Source of the DNA: Cyanophora paradoxa CCMP329
Taxonomy: Eukaryota > Plantae > Glaucophyta
Direction of reading: 5' to 3'
Assembly (NCBI GenBank): GCA_004431415.1
Contig: QPMI01000357.1
Coordinates: 1 to 63,308 of the forward strand
DNA: 63,308 nt
The notes beneath the pieces are model-generated. The model did not search any database and was not told where the DNA came from. It was given only the letters and a program-made list of their open reading frames with translations. This document shows, piece by piece, positions 36,001 to 48,850 of this stretch. The position numbers were made by a program, and so were the translations under genes. Numbering within the stretch: the first letter of the stretch is position 1; the number at the start of each line of letters is the position of its first letter.

Positions 36001-39000
36001 GACACTAGTACTCCCGCGGGAGGCGGCGGCGGCGCGGCGGCGGCAGCGCGCACCGCTGTAGCATGTCGGGGGGGACGAGGTCGTGCGCGCTCGACCCCGG
36101 GCGCGCGAAGACGACCTGCACCAGGGAGCTCAGTCGCGCACGGCCAACAGCAGAATGGGCAGCGGCTCGCCTGGTTTGGCAGAACCCACTCGCCGCTCTC
36201 AGCGAGCATGCACTTCGTCGACCTGCGGGCGTCGGGGTCGGCGTCCACACTCTGAGGGGCGGCGCGGGGCGCACCGGAGGCTGCGGAGGATGAGGGTGGC
36301 GGACGACTGGAAGAAGCCCGTGACCTGGCCCTCGAGGGGCACGAAGCGCAGGTAGAAGGAAGCGACCTGCAAGCGCCGGCAGTGAGAGCACGCCTGGGCC
36401 GGGGGGGAGGAGGCGGCGGACCTCGGCGGGGGAGGCGGAGCCGCCGAGCTCACGGAACGCGGCGATGGCGCGCATGAACAGGCCCGGCACGGCGTCTGAA
36501 AACCCGCGGCCGGTCGCGAGCGCGTCGCAGGGGCGCTGGCGGCGGACGGGCGGCGGACCGCGGATGATTTGGTTCCAGGGGGAGTCCGCGTCCACGTCCT
36601 GGCGCGAGGAGGGGACGAGGAAGTCCGCCTGCCGCCGCCCCCGACAGAGATCAGCGAGTACGAGCTGCACGCCACTGCGAAGTCGCGCACCTGGATGATG
36701 AACTTGAAGCCGTAGGAGCGGACGGGCAGGTACGCGAAGACCTGCGACCGCGGTCAGGAATACGACCAAAGCCGGGCCGAGCTCGAGGAGAGGCGGATCC
36801 GGACCTGCTGCGGAGGCAGCGGCTCGCTCTCGTCCTCCGCAGCGCCGGAGAACAAGGGGAACGCAAGCGCCACCTGCGATTGTTGCGCTCGCGATCGCTT
36901 GCAGCGTGCGCGGCCGCCAAAGAACAGAGAAGACTTGCCTCGGTGCTATCTACGCCCGGGCGTCGATCCGAGCGCGCCGCTATGGCCTCGCGGATGACGA
37001 GGTAGCGCAGCTTGCCGCTCTGCACGCGATCGCGAGGACAGCGCGGATCAAATCGAAGACAAGATCAGGAGGACGGGGCATCTCGGGGCGCCTCGTTGAG
37101 GATCTCGACGATGCCGTTGCCGAGGTCGCGGCGCTCCATGAAGCGCTGGCGATCCCCCTCCCGGTCCACGATCGCGATCCGCCGCAGCTGCGCGCGAGGC
37201 GCGAGGCGCGTCGTGCGGAGGCATCGCGCGGGATCGCACGTGCGCGCAGCGCGCACTTTGTTGAGGAAGAGGAGGAGCGAGTCGTGCACGTCTTCGAACT
37301 TGACAGACACCAGTTGCTGCTTGAAAATAAGAGGAAGGCGCGAAAGGATGTGCGGCGAGAAAGAGCACGGACTTCATCATCGCCTGCACGGCGCCGGAGG
37401 GGGAGCGAGATGCGAGTCCGCCACTCGTGCGCCGGAGGCCAGCCGGCCGCGGCCGCGGACAGCTGAGCGAAGGGATCTCGTTGGTGCTGCAGAGCACCGT
37501 CCGCCTCTACCCAGTGAGGGAGGATGAAGCCCAGCGGCCCGGCCGAGTCCAGGTCGAACTAATCGAGGTTATTTCAATGTGACCGTGATGCCAACAGCAC
37601 TTGAAGCAGAAGCGACATGCCTTGATGTGGAATCCGTTGGAGTGGATCTCAGGTGCCGATGTCACGCGGAAGACACTCTGGGCGGCCGATGGGTAGCCCG
37701 GCGGCGGGTCTGAGGCGCCGCAAGGTGCACCTTGAACCCGATGCCTTTGGCGCCGATGTATCCCGTCTGCTTCTCCTTGGTGGAGCGGCCGACGTCGCAG
37801 AGGGCCCGCACGTTGCGCTCCGTGAAGCCCGTCTGCACGGCCCATCGCGAGTGAGGGCGGGGCTCTGGCGAGGGCCCTCGACCACCTCATCTCACCTCGT
37901 TGTTGTAGACGTCGACCCGGCTCCCGTCCAGGACAAACGCCAGAGAAGGAAGGACCTCCTCTCCGTAGCGGTTGTCGTCTAAAGAGGGCGCGCATCAAAC
38001 TGGAGCGGATCGGAGCAGCAATCAGGGAACACAAATCAAGTACCGGCGTTCTGCACGAGCTCCAGAACGAAGTGCTGGCGGTGGCCGGTTAGCTTGCAGT
38101 GGAGTATGTATTGTCGCAGTTATGGTGGGCGGCCGTGGCCACGAACCGTGTCCGTGCTGTAGAGTTCGGAGGAGAGGCGCGCGAGGGCGCGGCCGAGGCG
38201 CTCCTGCTGCACCCCCATCGCCCTGCGGCCCTCCTCGTCCAGCTGCCCGGCGCCGCCGGCGCCGTCAGATATCGATCAAGAGTCATGTCGATCACAGCCG
38301 CGCGGCCGGCGGCCCCTTAAGTTTACCTGCACTCCGATGGCGAACTCGTCGCGCCGAATGCTCTCCACAATCGCGCGGCAAACGGCCTCCTCCGCCTCCC
38401 GCGCCTGCGAGGCGGCCTCGAGGCTGCCGGGCGCGAGCCCCAGATCACGGTCGACGGCCGCCTGCAGCTCGAGCTCGGAGTCGGGCTCGCCGCCCGGCCG
38501 CGGCGGCAACAGAGTCGGAGACGGGTCCGCAGCCATGGCGTCGAAGAGCAGCGATCGCGAGGCGGCGGGCGGGCTCGATGACGCTCTCTCCGCGAGCGTG
38601 GTGAGGCCGCCCCGAGCACCCCGCTGTCTCGGCTCCTGCTGCCGCGCAGGCACCTCGTGGGCGTGACCGGCAGCGCGCGCAGATGCAACCTCGTGGCGGA
38701 AGTGGGCCACAGCGGATGGCAGGCCGAGGTGCAGGCCGACGTCGATCAGGGCGGCGCGCTGCTGCGGCCCGCGGGAGGCGGCGAGGAGGGCGGGGAAGGG
38801 GTCCCCCTCGAGGGCGGCGGAGGCGGGGCCGAAGACGAGGTCCTGGGCCATGGCCCGGCGGAGAAGGGGCGGCAGGGCGAAGAGGAAGTTGGATGCGAAG
38901 GAGGCCGCGCGGGATGCTCCGTCGGCGCCGTGGCCCTGCAGCTCGCGCAGCGCCTGCGCTGGCGAGTGAGACGGCGCATAAGCACACGCGCACACGGCGA

Positions 39001-42000
39001 CGCGCACAGTTTCGCAGTGGCGCGCGAGGAGCTGCATGGGCGCGTGGTCGACGCCCCCGCAGGCCGCGACGACAGCCGCGGCTTGCGCCGCGGCGGCCTC
39101 CGCATTGCCCGCCCCGGCGGCCGCCAAGAAGAGGTCGGGGTCTGCCGGCTCGGGGAGGCGCACGGCCGAGCCGTCGGCGCACACGAGCACGGGGAGCGGC
39201 GTCGCCTCGTGCTCGGCGGGGGCGGGGCGGGAGAGGAAGGAGGGGAGCGGGCCGACGTCCGGGGCGCGCGAGAAGGCGGCCTCCCAGGGGAGCACCTCCT
39301 CGAGGCGCTGCAGGGCCGGCGCCGCGGCGAGGAGCGCCCGGGCGGCCTCCCGCGTGCTGGCCTCCTCGGCGGGCGGCTGGGCCAGCCCGGCGGGGTGCCG
39401 CACGGAGCAGACGAGCGCCGCCTCGTACGCGAGGGCCGCCGGGCCCGCCGCCGGCGCCTCCCGCTCCGCGACCCGCGCCGCGATTCGTTGCACGCTCCCT
39501 GCAAGACGTGCACGTCACGATCAGCCGCCCGCGAAACCCTTGCAGAGTGGACGAGCGCACCGAAGCGAAGCTGGGTCACGGACTGGACGCCGAAATGGAC
39601 GCAGAGGGCGCGCTCGACGGCGGCCAAGGCGGCCTCGGGGAGCTGGCCCGCCCCCAGGGCCACTCCGCACGACCTCATGCACTGCCGGCAGAAAATTGCG
39701 AACGCATCAAAATGACGAAACGCGCGCGCACAGAGGTGGAACGGAGCGCGCACCTGCGCGGCGACTTCGAGCAGGGTCTCTTCTGAGATCGGGTGCGCAT
39801 ATGGCCCGCCGACTGCACCCGTAGCCGCAGTGCCGCCGCCGGCGCCTCCGCTAGCACACCAGTCGTCCGCTTCCGGTGCCGATGCGCGGGCAGGGCCGAA
39901 TCGCTCGGGGTGGGCGGCGAGGAATGCGAGGAAGGACGAGCCCAGCCCGAGACACTCGAACGTGCGCGCGTGGAAGTGCACGCAGATCGCCTGCACCCGA
40001 TCGCGAGTCAAGATCCAGACCAAGCGAGGAGCAAGAGTTCCTTCTGACCTGCTCGAGGGAGGCGAGGGTGGCGAGGCCGAGGGCGGAGGGGTCGCCCCCC
40101 GCCCGCCGCTCCACCTCCTCCAGCACCTCGTCCGCGCTGGGGCCCGCCGCCGCCGTCTCGAGAGCGCGGCCCCCGTGGTCGCTGCCGGCCGTGGCCCCGG
40201 CTCCTGCGACAAGTGCGTGAGAGAATGCTGCGGCGCACGGCGCGCAGAGCGCACCACTGCTGACGCTCGATGGTGCGCTTTGTGAGGTGCTCTGTAGAGC
40301 CGCATCGAAGAGCTGCCCTGGCGGGAGCTGCGGTGGTCCGGGCCCGGGTTGGTCGGGGGGGGGGGGGGGGGGGGGGGTATATATGCGTATGCATATGCAT
40401 GGACCTTCCGAGCGGAGAGGGACGCGCGGTAGCCCCGCAGGTACGAGACGGCAATCTGAAAGCACGCCGTCAAACCAGAACTCATCATCCATAGACTCAT
40501 GAAAACAGTAAAGCGAACTTTGCACAATACGGCCAGGGATCCGGATCCGGAGCTGCTCGATGCGCGTTTCTTCGAATTTGCAGACGACTGATGCTGAAGT
40601 AAGAGTGACAGAGCTTTCTGCATCTGGTGTGGCGCGCGGGGCTCAACACTGAATTGCGTTGTGGTGCGCGTAGCTAGGCAGGCCCACGGACGAGCACTTG
40701 CCTGCTCAGCGACGGATGCACGAGAGGCGGCAGGGTCGTTGCTGGCGGTCATCCACGTTCGAACGAAGGCCAGCACGTCCTCCTCCTGTGAATTCGCGAG
40801 CATGAGCGGATCTCTAATCTCCAGCCGCGGGCGGCGGATTCGGACGAACCTCGACGGGTTGAGCCTGCGCCACAGCGATGTGTCGGTGCACATCCGCCTC
40901 AAGCTGTCTCCGCCTCGCGTCCTACGAGCAAAGTGAGAGCGTCAGAGCGCGACGATGCGTCCGCGGCGTATAGATACCCGAGCTTGCTGCACGGCTTCGA
41001 CCGCTCGGGCCTTCTCTTGAGCTTCTTCTTTGTTTGCCTGCGCACAAACATCAGAGCCACTGCAAAAACCGCCGGAGCGAGGGGTCCGTGGCCATGGACG
41101 CACTTGAGACGTCAGGTCTTTGTTGAAGGCCGCGATTTTCGAGCGCAGCGCGCGGTCCACGTCCCCCATCGTCTTGATGTAGAGGCCAACCCCGTGGACC
41201 TGGCGCGATGTTTTGGCCTTTCGAGTTGAAGATGCATCCGGATAGGTGGCGGGGGCTAGCCTTTATGCATAACTCAAGGGGGTCCGCCACCTGTCTGAAA
41301 GGACGATTAGCTTACTAGGGGAGGAACGGGGGAGGAACGGGGGAAGAGGGGGGGGGGGGGGGGGGGGGGGCGAGTGGACGCGAGGGGGGGGGGGGGGCGG
41401 GCCGGAGGGGGAGGGGAGGGATCGGGAGGGGGGGGTGTTCGCGATCGGGGGGAAGGAGGGGGGGGGGGGGGGGGGGTGGCACCGCTTTATCGCAAGCCAG
41501 CGGACGAACTCGGGTGTGTCCACCTTCTCGCCCCATTTCTGTACACGAGAAGAGCATAAGCGCATGCACACGCGTACAGAGCATAGGCGTCGAGCTCGAG
41601 GACCCGACTGTTCAGGTAGGTGCGTAGCGCAAGGGCGACATCGGCCGACGTTATCGCGGGCGCGGCTGTCAGAGAGGGCGGCGGGCTGAAGCCCCTGATG
41701 ACCAGCGGATGCTTGATAAGGGGCCCTGCAGACAGGCGTTTGAGTGCAGGCAGAGATCCTGCGCGCGCGACCGCGCGAGCGAATGCGTCAACGTACCGAG
41801 GCGGAGCGCGGCGTAGTTCGGCACTGCCTCCGCCGCGCAGACCTCTTGTTCGATCTCCCATAGCGTGACGATGGGGCGTTGATTCATGAAAGTCTGACGC
41901 GTGCGCGCATGCATGTGAGCTCGCCGGCCGCGGCCGCGGCCGCGGCGCCCGCGGCCGGCGCAGGCGCGTGCACGCGCTGGCCGCCTTCTTACCTGGATAA

Positions 42001-42318
42001 AGCAGAATACCTTGTTTTCTAACTCAAAAAGCTCCTTGAGCGCCGGGATTTCGTAGGGCCGACCCTAGCGCATTTGACAGGTCATGGCGCGCGCCGGACA
42101 AAACCCCACCACGGACTTACCACGCATAGATCTTCATAGCGCGCAACGTTTAGCCGCGTGCGGATGATGTTGATCACGTCGGGCGCGTTGACGCAGCGCC
42201 CAGCGCCGTGCAGCTCGTCGCGCACCGCCGCGGCGAGGTTCGCGACCTCTCGCTTGGTGTATGTACGTGCCGGAGGGGCTGTTGGTCGCACCAGGTGCTG
42301 TCGCATGGCTGCTGTCAC
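30050..42318 (-). CDS. NO VEIN/sacsin-like giant protein: GHKL (Hsp90-like) ATPase plus C-terminal DUF3883; many exons, start approximate
   Basis: IVESIRRDEFAIG, ELYSTDT|HFVLELVQNA|DDNRY, YNNE|GFTERNVRALCDVGRSTK...YIGAKGIGFK|SVFRVTSAPEIHSNGFHIK, ADFLVPSSRQDVDADSPWNQ, and the C-terminus IGRWGE|ELVFRFL...VEWLN...GASFDL...LVEVKST...FPISPAEMRLA...FWIVR|VYGAG. Stop at 30050. Confidence 0.88.
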
Positions 42319-42725
42319 GAAGATGAAGGTCTGCTGCAGTGCGGCCGGCGCCGCGGGAACGAGCAGATTGTGCTCAAGCTGCAGCTGAGCATATACGTAC
42401 GAACGCTACTTGCAGCTGACCATGCATATGGCCGAACCGAAAGTTCGACCGAAAGTTTGCACAGGTACGCATCGATATCCGTACGCGTATACCGGTATAA
42501 AAGGGCACGCGGGTACAGGTCACACACGGGAAGGGTACACAGAATTCCAAAGCTCAGGGGGTAAATTAAAGTATACAGGTACGTATACATCGAAGGGCGA
42601 ATGCATATGGCCTGGCCTGTAGCTACCAGTATACGTAGTGGCAGCTCCAGGGCCGCCGCGCGGCGTCAGCGCTGGCCATATGCATGGGGGGGGGGGGGGG
42701 GGGAGTTGGCTGCTGGAGCGCGAGC

Positions 42726-43941
42726 TCAGACGGCGCCGTCGCGGTGGAAGTGGCGAACGGGGAGTAGGTCGGGGCGGCAGTTCTCCGCCGCCACCCCCGA
42801 GCGCAGCGCCGCGCAGTTCTCGTTCGTCACCTGCGCCCCCGCGGCCGCCTCGGGCCCGGCTCCGCTCGGGCTCGCGTCTTCGAGGGCGGGGGCGGACCGC
42901 CATGAGGCCGTTGAGGGCGTGCAGGCCGATGTACGTGAAGAGGGCCGCCCCCTCCTCCTCCGCCCCCGGCCCCGCGCCCGCGCCGGGGCCCGGCCCCGCC
43001 TCCGCCCGCAGGCCGTCCGCCTGCAGCTGCGCCAGGAACGGCGGCGCCGCTGCGGCCTGGGCTGCCGGGGAGGAGGGGGCGGGGGCGGGCCGTGCCGGGG
43101 AGGCGCTGGCTGTGCCACGGGCGTCGCGGTTCGGCGGGGGGCTGCTCGGGCGTGAGAGCGAGCGCGGAGGGGAGGGCCGAGGCGCGCACGGGGGCCGGCG
43201 GGACGAGGGCGGAGGGGACGCGGGCTCGGATCCAGGAGGAGCGGCGGCCGCGGCAGGCAAAGGATCCGGAGCAGAGGAGGGCGCGCCGGTGCCGGCGCCG
43301 GCGGCGGGGAGGAGGCGGACGCGGACGGAGACGACGCCGGGCTCGTGGGGCGGCGCCGTGACAACAAGCAGCCGGTCCGAGTGGAAGGCGTGCGGCACGA
43401 CCGCGCCCCCGAAGGCCACCTGCATAGGCGCTCCTCTTCGGAAGCCGGAGCCTACCAGGCGCACGGCCATCCCGCCCGTCGAGAGCCCTTGCGCCGGCTC
43501 GCAGCGCTCCACGCGCGGCTGCGGCGCACAGGGGCCGGAAGCAGGCCTGCGCGCGGCGCGAAGCTGGTCGCGGTGAGCGCGTGCGCGGACGACTAGCGCA
43601 CCAGACCGCTCCTTCCGGCGCCGAGATCACGTGCAGCACGCAGTCTTCCGCACAGACCTCCACAAGAGGGCGCTCGGGGTCTGCGAGGAGGAGGCGCCGC
43701 CCCGACGCCATGCGGCGGCGGCCTCAGAGACGTACGCGCTCTTTCGCACAGCGCCGAGCGCACCGAGCTGCTCCCCGCTGAGGTAGACGCGAAAGCCGGA
43801 CGGCGGCACCGGGCGCCCGAGCCGCTGGGCGACGAGTTCGGCAACCGAGGCCGCGTCCTTCGCGCGGCTGCTCTCGTTGAGCGCGATAGGGATCGGCTGA
43901 GACGACGGCGCTAGCGAATGCAGCGCAAGTAAAACGCGCAT
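42726..43941 (-). CDS. IPT/TIG-domain protein with a possible ubiquitin-like N-terminal domain; spliced
   Basis: PRVERCEPAQGLSTGGMAVRLVGSGF...VAFGG...SDRLLVVTAPPHEPGVVSVRV...FTY matches the IPT/TIG pattern. ATG at 43941, TGA at 42726. The N-terminal domain call is a guess. Confidence 0.7.
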
Positions 43942-44079
43942 GTTGACCCGGAAGAATTTGCCGTACCCCAGCCGCGCCCTCCATCTTCGACCTTCGCGCA
44001 TTGGCGTGTCAACAGCGCACGAATCCGGCGCTGTTGAACGGCCGGGAGACGTTCCAGCCCGCGTACGCGACCCTGCGAG

Positions 44080-47000
44080 ATGCAGGTGCAACCGCAGCAA
44101 CCGGCCGTCGATCTTGGCTGGCGCCCGACTGGCATGCCCTCCGCCGTGCTGCAAGACTGGAGGGGAGAGGGGCCCCGCGGAGCACGCTCGGCCCCCTGCG
44201 TGCGCGCCCCCGAGCATGAGCAAGAGGCGGCGGTCCCGCTCTTCTTCATCGATAGGCACGGAGCGTCGCCGCCTGTTCCGGGAAAGCGCCAGAGGACGGC
44301 CGAGGCGCGGCAGCGGGACGGGGGCGGCTGCAGCGAGCTCGAGGCGAGCAGCAGCGGGTCGGCCTCTTCGGGCGAGGAGGCCGAAGCGCCGGGCGAGGCG
44401 CCCGACGCCGACGCCGACGGGGGCCCGCGGCGGCCGGCCGGGGCGCGGCAGCGGCGGGCGGCGCGCCGGCGGAGCGGCGGCAGCGGCGGCGGCGGGAGGC
44501 GGCGCAGCGGACCTCCTCGGCGTCGGGCTCCGAGCCGGCGGAGGGCACCGCGGCCCCCGGGCCTCCCCTCCGGCGTCCTCACCTCCGTCCCGACCCCGAG
44601 CCCGAGCCGCCGCCGCCGCCGCCGCCGGCGCCGGCGCTGCGGGCGGAGGCGGCGGCGCTGCCGGGGGTGCCCCTCGCGGCGTGGCTCGCGTCGGGCCCGC
44701 TGCGGCCCGAGGCGGCCCCTTCGGGCCTCGGCGGCCTGGCCTTCGAGTGCGAGCAGGACCGCGTCCTCCTCCGCTACCTCGAGGAGGCGCCGCCCCGCCC
44801 CGCCCGCCCCTCCCCCGCGCCGCCCCCTCACGCCGCGCAGGTGGCGCCGACGGCGGAGGGGCGGAGGCGCGGGCGGGTTCGTGGGGCGGCTGCGGGGGGC
44901 GGTGGCCGGGGAGCTGCCGGGCGCCTCGACGGACCTCTTCGGCTCCTTCCTCACCGTGCGCGCCCCCGGGCGCCCCGGGCGCCCGCGCGGCCCGAGCGCG
45001 CCCCGCGCAGGGCCTCATGGTCGCGAGCTCCGACCTCGACGCGGTGGTCCTGCACCGGGCCGAGCGCGAGGCCCCGCGGGGGCTCCTGAGCCGCGTGCGC
45101 GGTGCCCTCCTCGCCGCCGGCTTCCGCTCCGTGCAGGCCATCCCCTACGCTCGCGTACCCATCCTCAAGGCGCCTCCCCGTCCCCCCGTACCCCCCAGCC
45201 GGCTCGGACGGCTGCTGGTGACCGCGGGGGGGGGCCGGGCGCCTGGTCAGGTGGAGGAGGGCGCGGTCTGCTGCGACGTCTCCTTCAACTCGGACTCGGG
45301 CCTCCGCTCCACCCGCCTCCTCTCCCGCCTCGTCGAGCGGTACCCCCCGCTCGTGCCCCTCACCCGCCTCCTCAAGCGCTGGCGCGCCGCCCGCGAGCTC
45401 CCCACCGCTGCCCAGAACGGCCCGCCCGCCCCCGCCCCCCGCCCCCCGCCCCCGCTTCCCGCCTGACGCTGCACGGCGCGGCAGGCCTCTCCTCGTACGC
45501 GTGGGCCCTGATGACGGCCGTCTACGTGATGGCGCGCCCCGCGGGCGCCCCTCCCCGCTCCGCCCCTGACGGCCGGGCAGAACGTGTACGGGGCGGAGGC
45601 GGGGCCGGCGCTGCCCGCCCGGGGCGCCCTGGAGCTCCTCGCCGGCTTCTTCGACTTCTACGCCGCCATGCCCCCGGGCCTCGTCCGCCCCCGCGCGCGC
45701 CCCCCGACCCGCCCGCAGCTGACCCCGCCCCAGAGCCTCGTCTCCCTGCGGCGCGCCGCGCTGCTGCCCCTCCCCTGCGGCGCCGACCCCGGCCGCAAGG
45801 CCCGCGCCCTCTCGCCTCGCGCTGTACCCCCCGGGCTGACGCGGGGGCAGTGGGTGACGGTGGAGAGCCCGGAGGGGCCCGGGGAGGACGTCGCCCGGGC
45901 CCTCCTGCAGCCCCAGGGCGCCCTCCTCGCCGCCGAGGCCCGCCCGCCCCGCCGCCCTCGCCTGCCTGCGGCCGGCCGAGGGACGGGGCGGCAGGTGCGC
46001 CGGGCCAGCGCGCTCTGCGGGGAGGCCGCCTCGGAGCCGCGCCGCCTCCACGCCCTCTTCGCGCCCCCGGCCCCCGTGCCGCCCCCCCGCCCCGCCCCGC
46101 CCAGGCCCCTCGCCCCCGCCGAGGGCCGGGCAGGGGAGCGGGAGGCGCAGCGGCGGGGAGGCGGCCCGGACGTCATCCCCCTCCCCGCCCTCCTCGCCCA
46201 CGCCGAGTGCGCCCCGCCGGCCCCCCGCCCGCCCCGCGCGCCCACGCGGCGGGGCGGGGCGCAGGGCGGGGGACCGGCGGCGGCAGCGGATGCTGCAGCT
46301 GGCGATCGGCAACGCGGCCGACTTCTTCGCCGCCTCGGGGGCCCCCTCCCCGCCTCCATCTCCGCCTGCACCGCCCCCCGCGCCCCGCCCGAGCGCGCCC
46401 CCGGGCCGGCGCCGCTGCCGGTGGTGGCCAGCGCGAGCGGCGGCGGGCGGCGGGCGCGGCGGCGGGCCGCGGCGGAGCTGCAGGCCGCCCTCGCCCGCAA
46501 GGAGGCCAAGTACTTCGGCGCGCCCCCGAGTCGATCTGCGCCCTCCAAGGCCCACCCCCGGGCCGCCGGCTGAGGGGCGGGGCGGGCAGCGGAGTGCACG
46601 ATCGAGGTCGGGGGCTGGTACCTCGCCTTCCCCCCCGGGAGCCCCTCCACGCGTGGCGAGCTCTCCCTCGCCGACCCCGCCGCCCTGGCCGCCCCCGCCC
46701 CCGCCCCCGCACCCGCACCCCCCGACAGCCGCCCTCGCCGCCAGGTGGCCCGCGTGACGCGCATCCTCAACGGCGACCGGGAGTGCGACAGGGCGCGCCC
46801 GCCCCCGCGCCCGCCCCGCTCCCTCCCAGCCCGCCGCCGAGACGCGGCGGGCCCCTCGCAGATCCACCGCCGCTTCGACGACGGGTACGCGGTGCACGCG
46901 GAGCTGCACGGGCGGGCCCCCGCGGAGCGCCTGGCCCCGCTCGCCGCGCTGCCGCCGGCCGCCTGGGCCGCCGAGGCCCTCCTCGCGCCCCTCGCCACCC

Positions 47001-47260
47001 GCCCCGGCCCCGCCGCCGCCTCCGCCCCGCGCTTCTTCCGCCGCCGCCTCGCCGTCGAGCGCCTCCAGGTGCCCCCCCGCCCCCGGGGCGAACGCTCCTC
47101 CGATGCGCGAGGAGGCGCGCTGACGCGCCGGGGCGCCTGCGCCTGCATGCAGGAGGGGCTCTTCGCCGCCTCGTCCAGCTTCGAGCGGGAGGGGGACCCC
47201 GGACCCCGCCCGGGCCCGGAGCTCGAGCCTCCCGGCACCCACCCGCGTAGCTACAGCTAG
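44080..47260 (+). CDS. Non-canonical poly(A)/poly(U) polymerase (Cid1/TRF4/TENT-like nucleotidyltransferase); spliced
   Basis: LFGSFLT|GLMVASSDLDAVV (Pol-beta GS...DxD), IPYARVPILK, CDVSFNSDSGLRSTRLL, LKRWRAAREL, GLSSYAWALM and LLAGFFDFYA. Confidence 0.85.
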
Positions 47261-47540
47261 GCAGCCTCGAGCTCCCCGCCCCGCCCCGTCGGGAGTGGCC
47301 GCCCGAATCATCGGATCACTGGCGAGTGCGATTCGCAACAGAGTAGAATACAACAGTATCGGCATCGATACAGAATAATGAAGGAAATAGGTGTACTACA
47401 GCGGAGCTTACTGTATATGAGCTGCCAATTATCTATTGAAACTTGAATATGCGCGGAAGACAAGGATCTATAGCTAGCGCTATAATACTCTTTCGATTTC
47501 GGTGATCTGTAAATATATCGGCGCTGGCCCCTGGCCGCGC

Positions 47541-48850
47541 TCAGCAGACGGCCATGTAGGAGGCGGAGCGGTCGAAGGGGCGGCGGGAGGGGGCGAGGGG
47601 CGGGGCGGGGCCCGGGGGCGGGGTGGCGGGGCGGGGCGGGCGGCGGAGGCGCGGACGAGGCGCTCGACGAGGCGGGCGGGCTCGGGGCGGGGGCGCAGGG
47701 GGGAGGCCTCCGGGGAGCTCCCCAGCGAGGCGGCCGCCTTGCCGCCGGCCGCCCGCAGCGCGGCGATGGCCGAGGCCGCCGAGCCGGCCGCCGGCGCCGC
47801 TGCCGAGGCGAGCGAGGCCCGCCGGCTGTCCGACGCCGAGGAGGAGGCCGACGACGAGGAGGATCCGGAGGCGATCTCCAGGGGCGGCAGGGGCGAGGCC
47901 GCGCGCAGCGGCGCCGCGGCGCGGGACCAGAGGGCGGGCGGGGAGGCGACGGGCGAGGGGCGGGCGAGGGCCGCGGGAGGCATCCGGGGTGGGGGGAGGC
48001 GGGGGCGGGGCGGGGCGGGGGCGAGGCCGGCGCCTCGCCGAGGAAGCCGCCGAGGAAGTCGTCGATGCGGCGGTCCTCGTCCTCGGGCGGCGCTGCCGGG
48101 GCCGGCGCCTCCTCGCCGGGCGCGGCGCGGAGCCAGCGGGAGACGCGGCTGCGGGCGGCGGGGGAGAAGCCGAGCGGGGAGGGCAGGAGGCGCCCGGAGG
48201 CGGGGAAGGCGAGCGCCGTCTCCGGGGGCGACTCGCAGCGGGGCAGCAGGCGCCGCCTGGGGTGCTCCGCCGACATCTGCCGGCCCCGGGGCGACGCGTC
48301 AGAGGCGAGGCGGGCGGGCGGGGGTCGGAGGCCGGCGCGGCGCACCTCGTCCAAGAGCTCGACGCGAGTGCGGCGCTCGGGGGCCCCCGGGGACGTCGAC
48401 GACGACTCGGGCGCGACGGCGCGGTCGGAGCCCGAGCCGGAGCCGCAGTCGGAGTCGTCGCCCGAAGGGATGAGGCGGACCACGACCTGCGCGCGACGTC
48501 TCACTGCCGCCCTGCGCCGAGGCCCCCGAGCGAGCTGGCCGGCCCGCGCCCCGGCGCACCTCGTGGAAGAAGCGCACTCGGGAAGCGCGGCGGCGGGGGT
48601 TGCGATTGCAGTTGCTGCTTCCCTCCGCGTCGCTGCCCGAGCCGGCCTCACACGCGCATGGGTCGCCGTTCCGCGAACGCGGTGACTCCAGGACTGCGTC
48701 AGGCGCGGGCCGCGGCTGTGCCGCGGCCGCCTTCTCCAAGCAGTCGCGCGCGGCGCCGGCAGCTCCGGCATCTCGCCGGTCGGCGTCGCGAGCGATGGGC
48801 AAATTGGACTCTGCCTCCGCAACGGCGAGGGCGATGGCGGGCTCCATCAT
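47541..48850 (-). CDS. Hypothetical low-complexity protein with an RVxF-like motif; spliced
   Basis: ATG at 48850, with introns bearing the local donor and acceptor signature. Joined RRRASRVRFFHE|VVVRLIP. Last exon reads FDRSASYMAVC*. No recognisable domain. Confidence 0.5.

Noticed and set aside
41315-41480. Long G homopolymers (also near 960, 22490, 40360, 42690) as G-quadruplex elements
   Set aside because: Most are C-rich intron tracts of minus-strand genes and their lengths are unreliable, with no specific evidence of function.
41987-41997. CTTACCTGG resembling the U1 snRNA 5' end
   Set aside because: It is the reverse complement of a canonical CAG|GTAAG donor in the minus-strand NO VEIN-like gene.
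44080-47250. 1056-aa ORF and the many other long Arg/Pro/Gly/Ala-rich ORFs
   Set aside because: Stop codons are rare at this GC level. Real motifs switch frame at intron boundaries.
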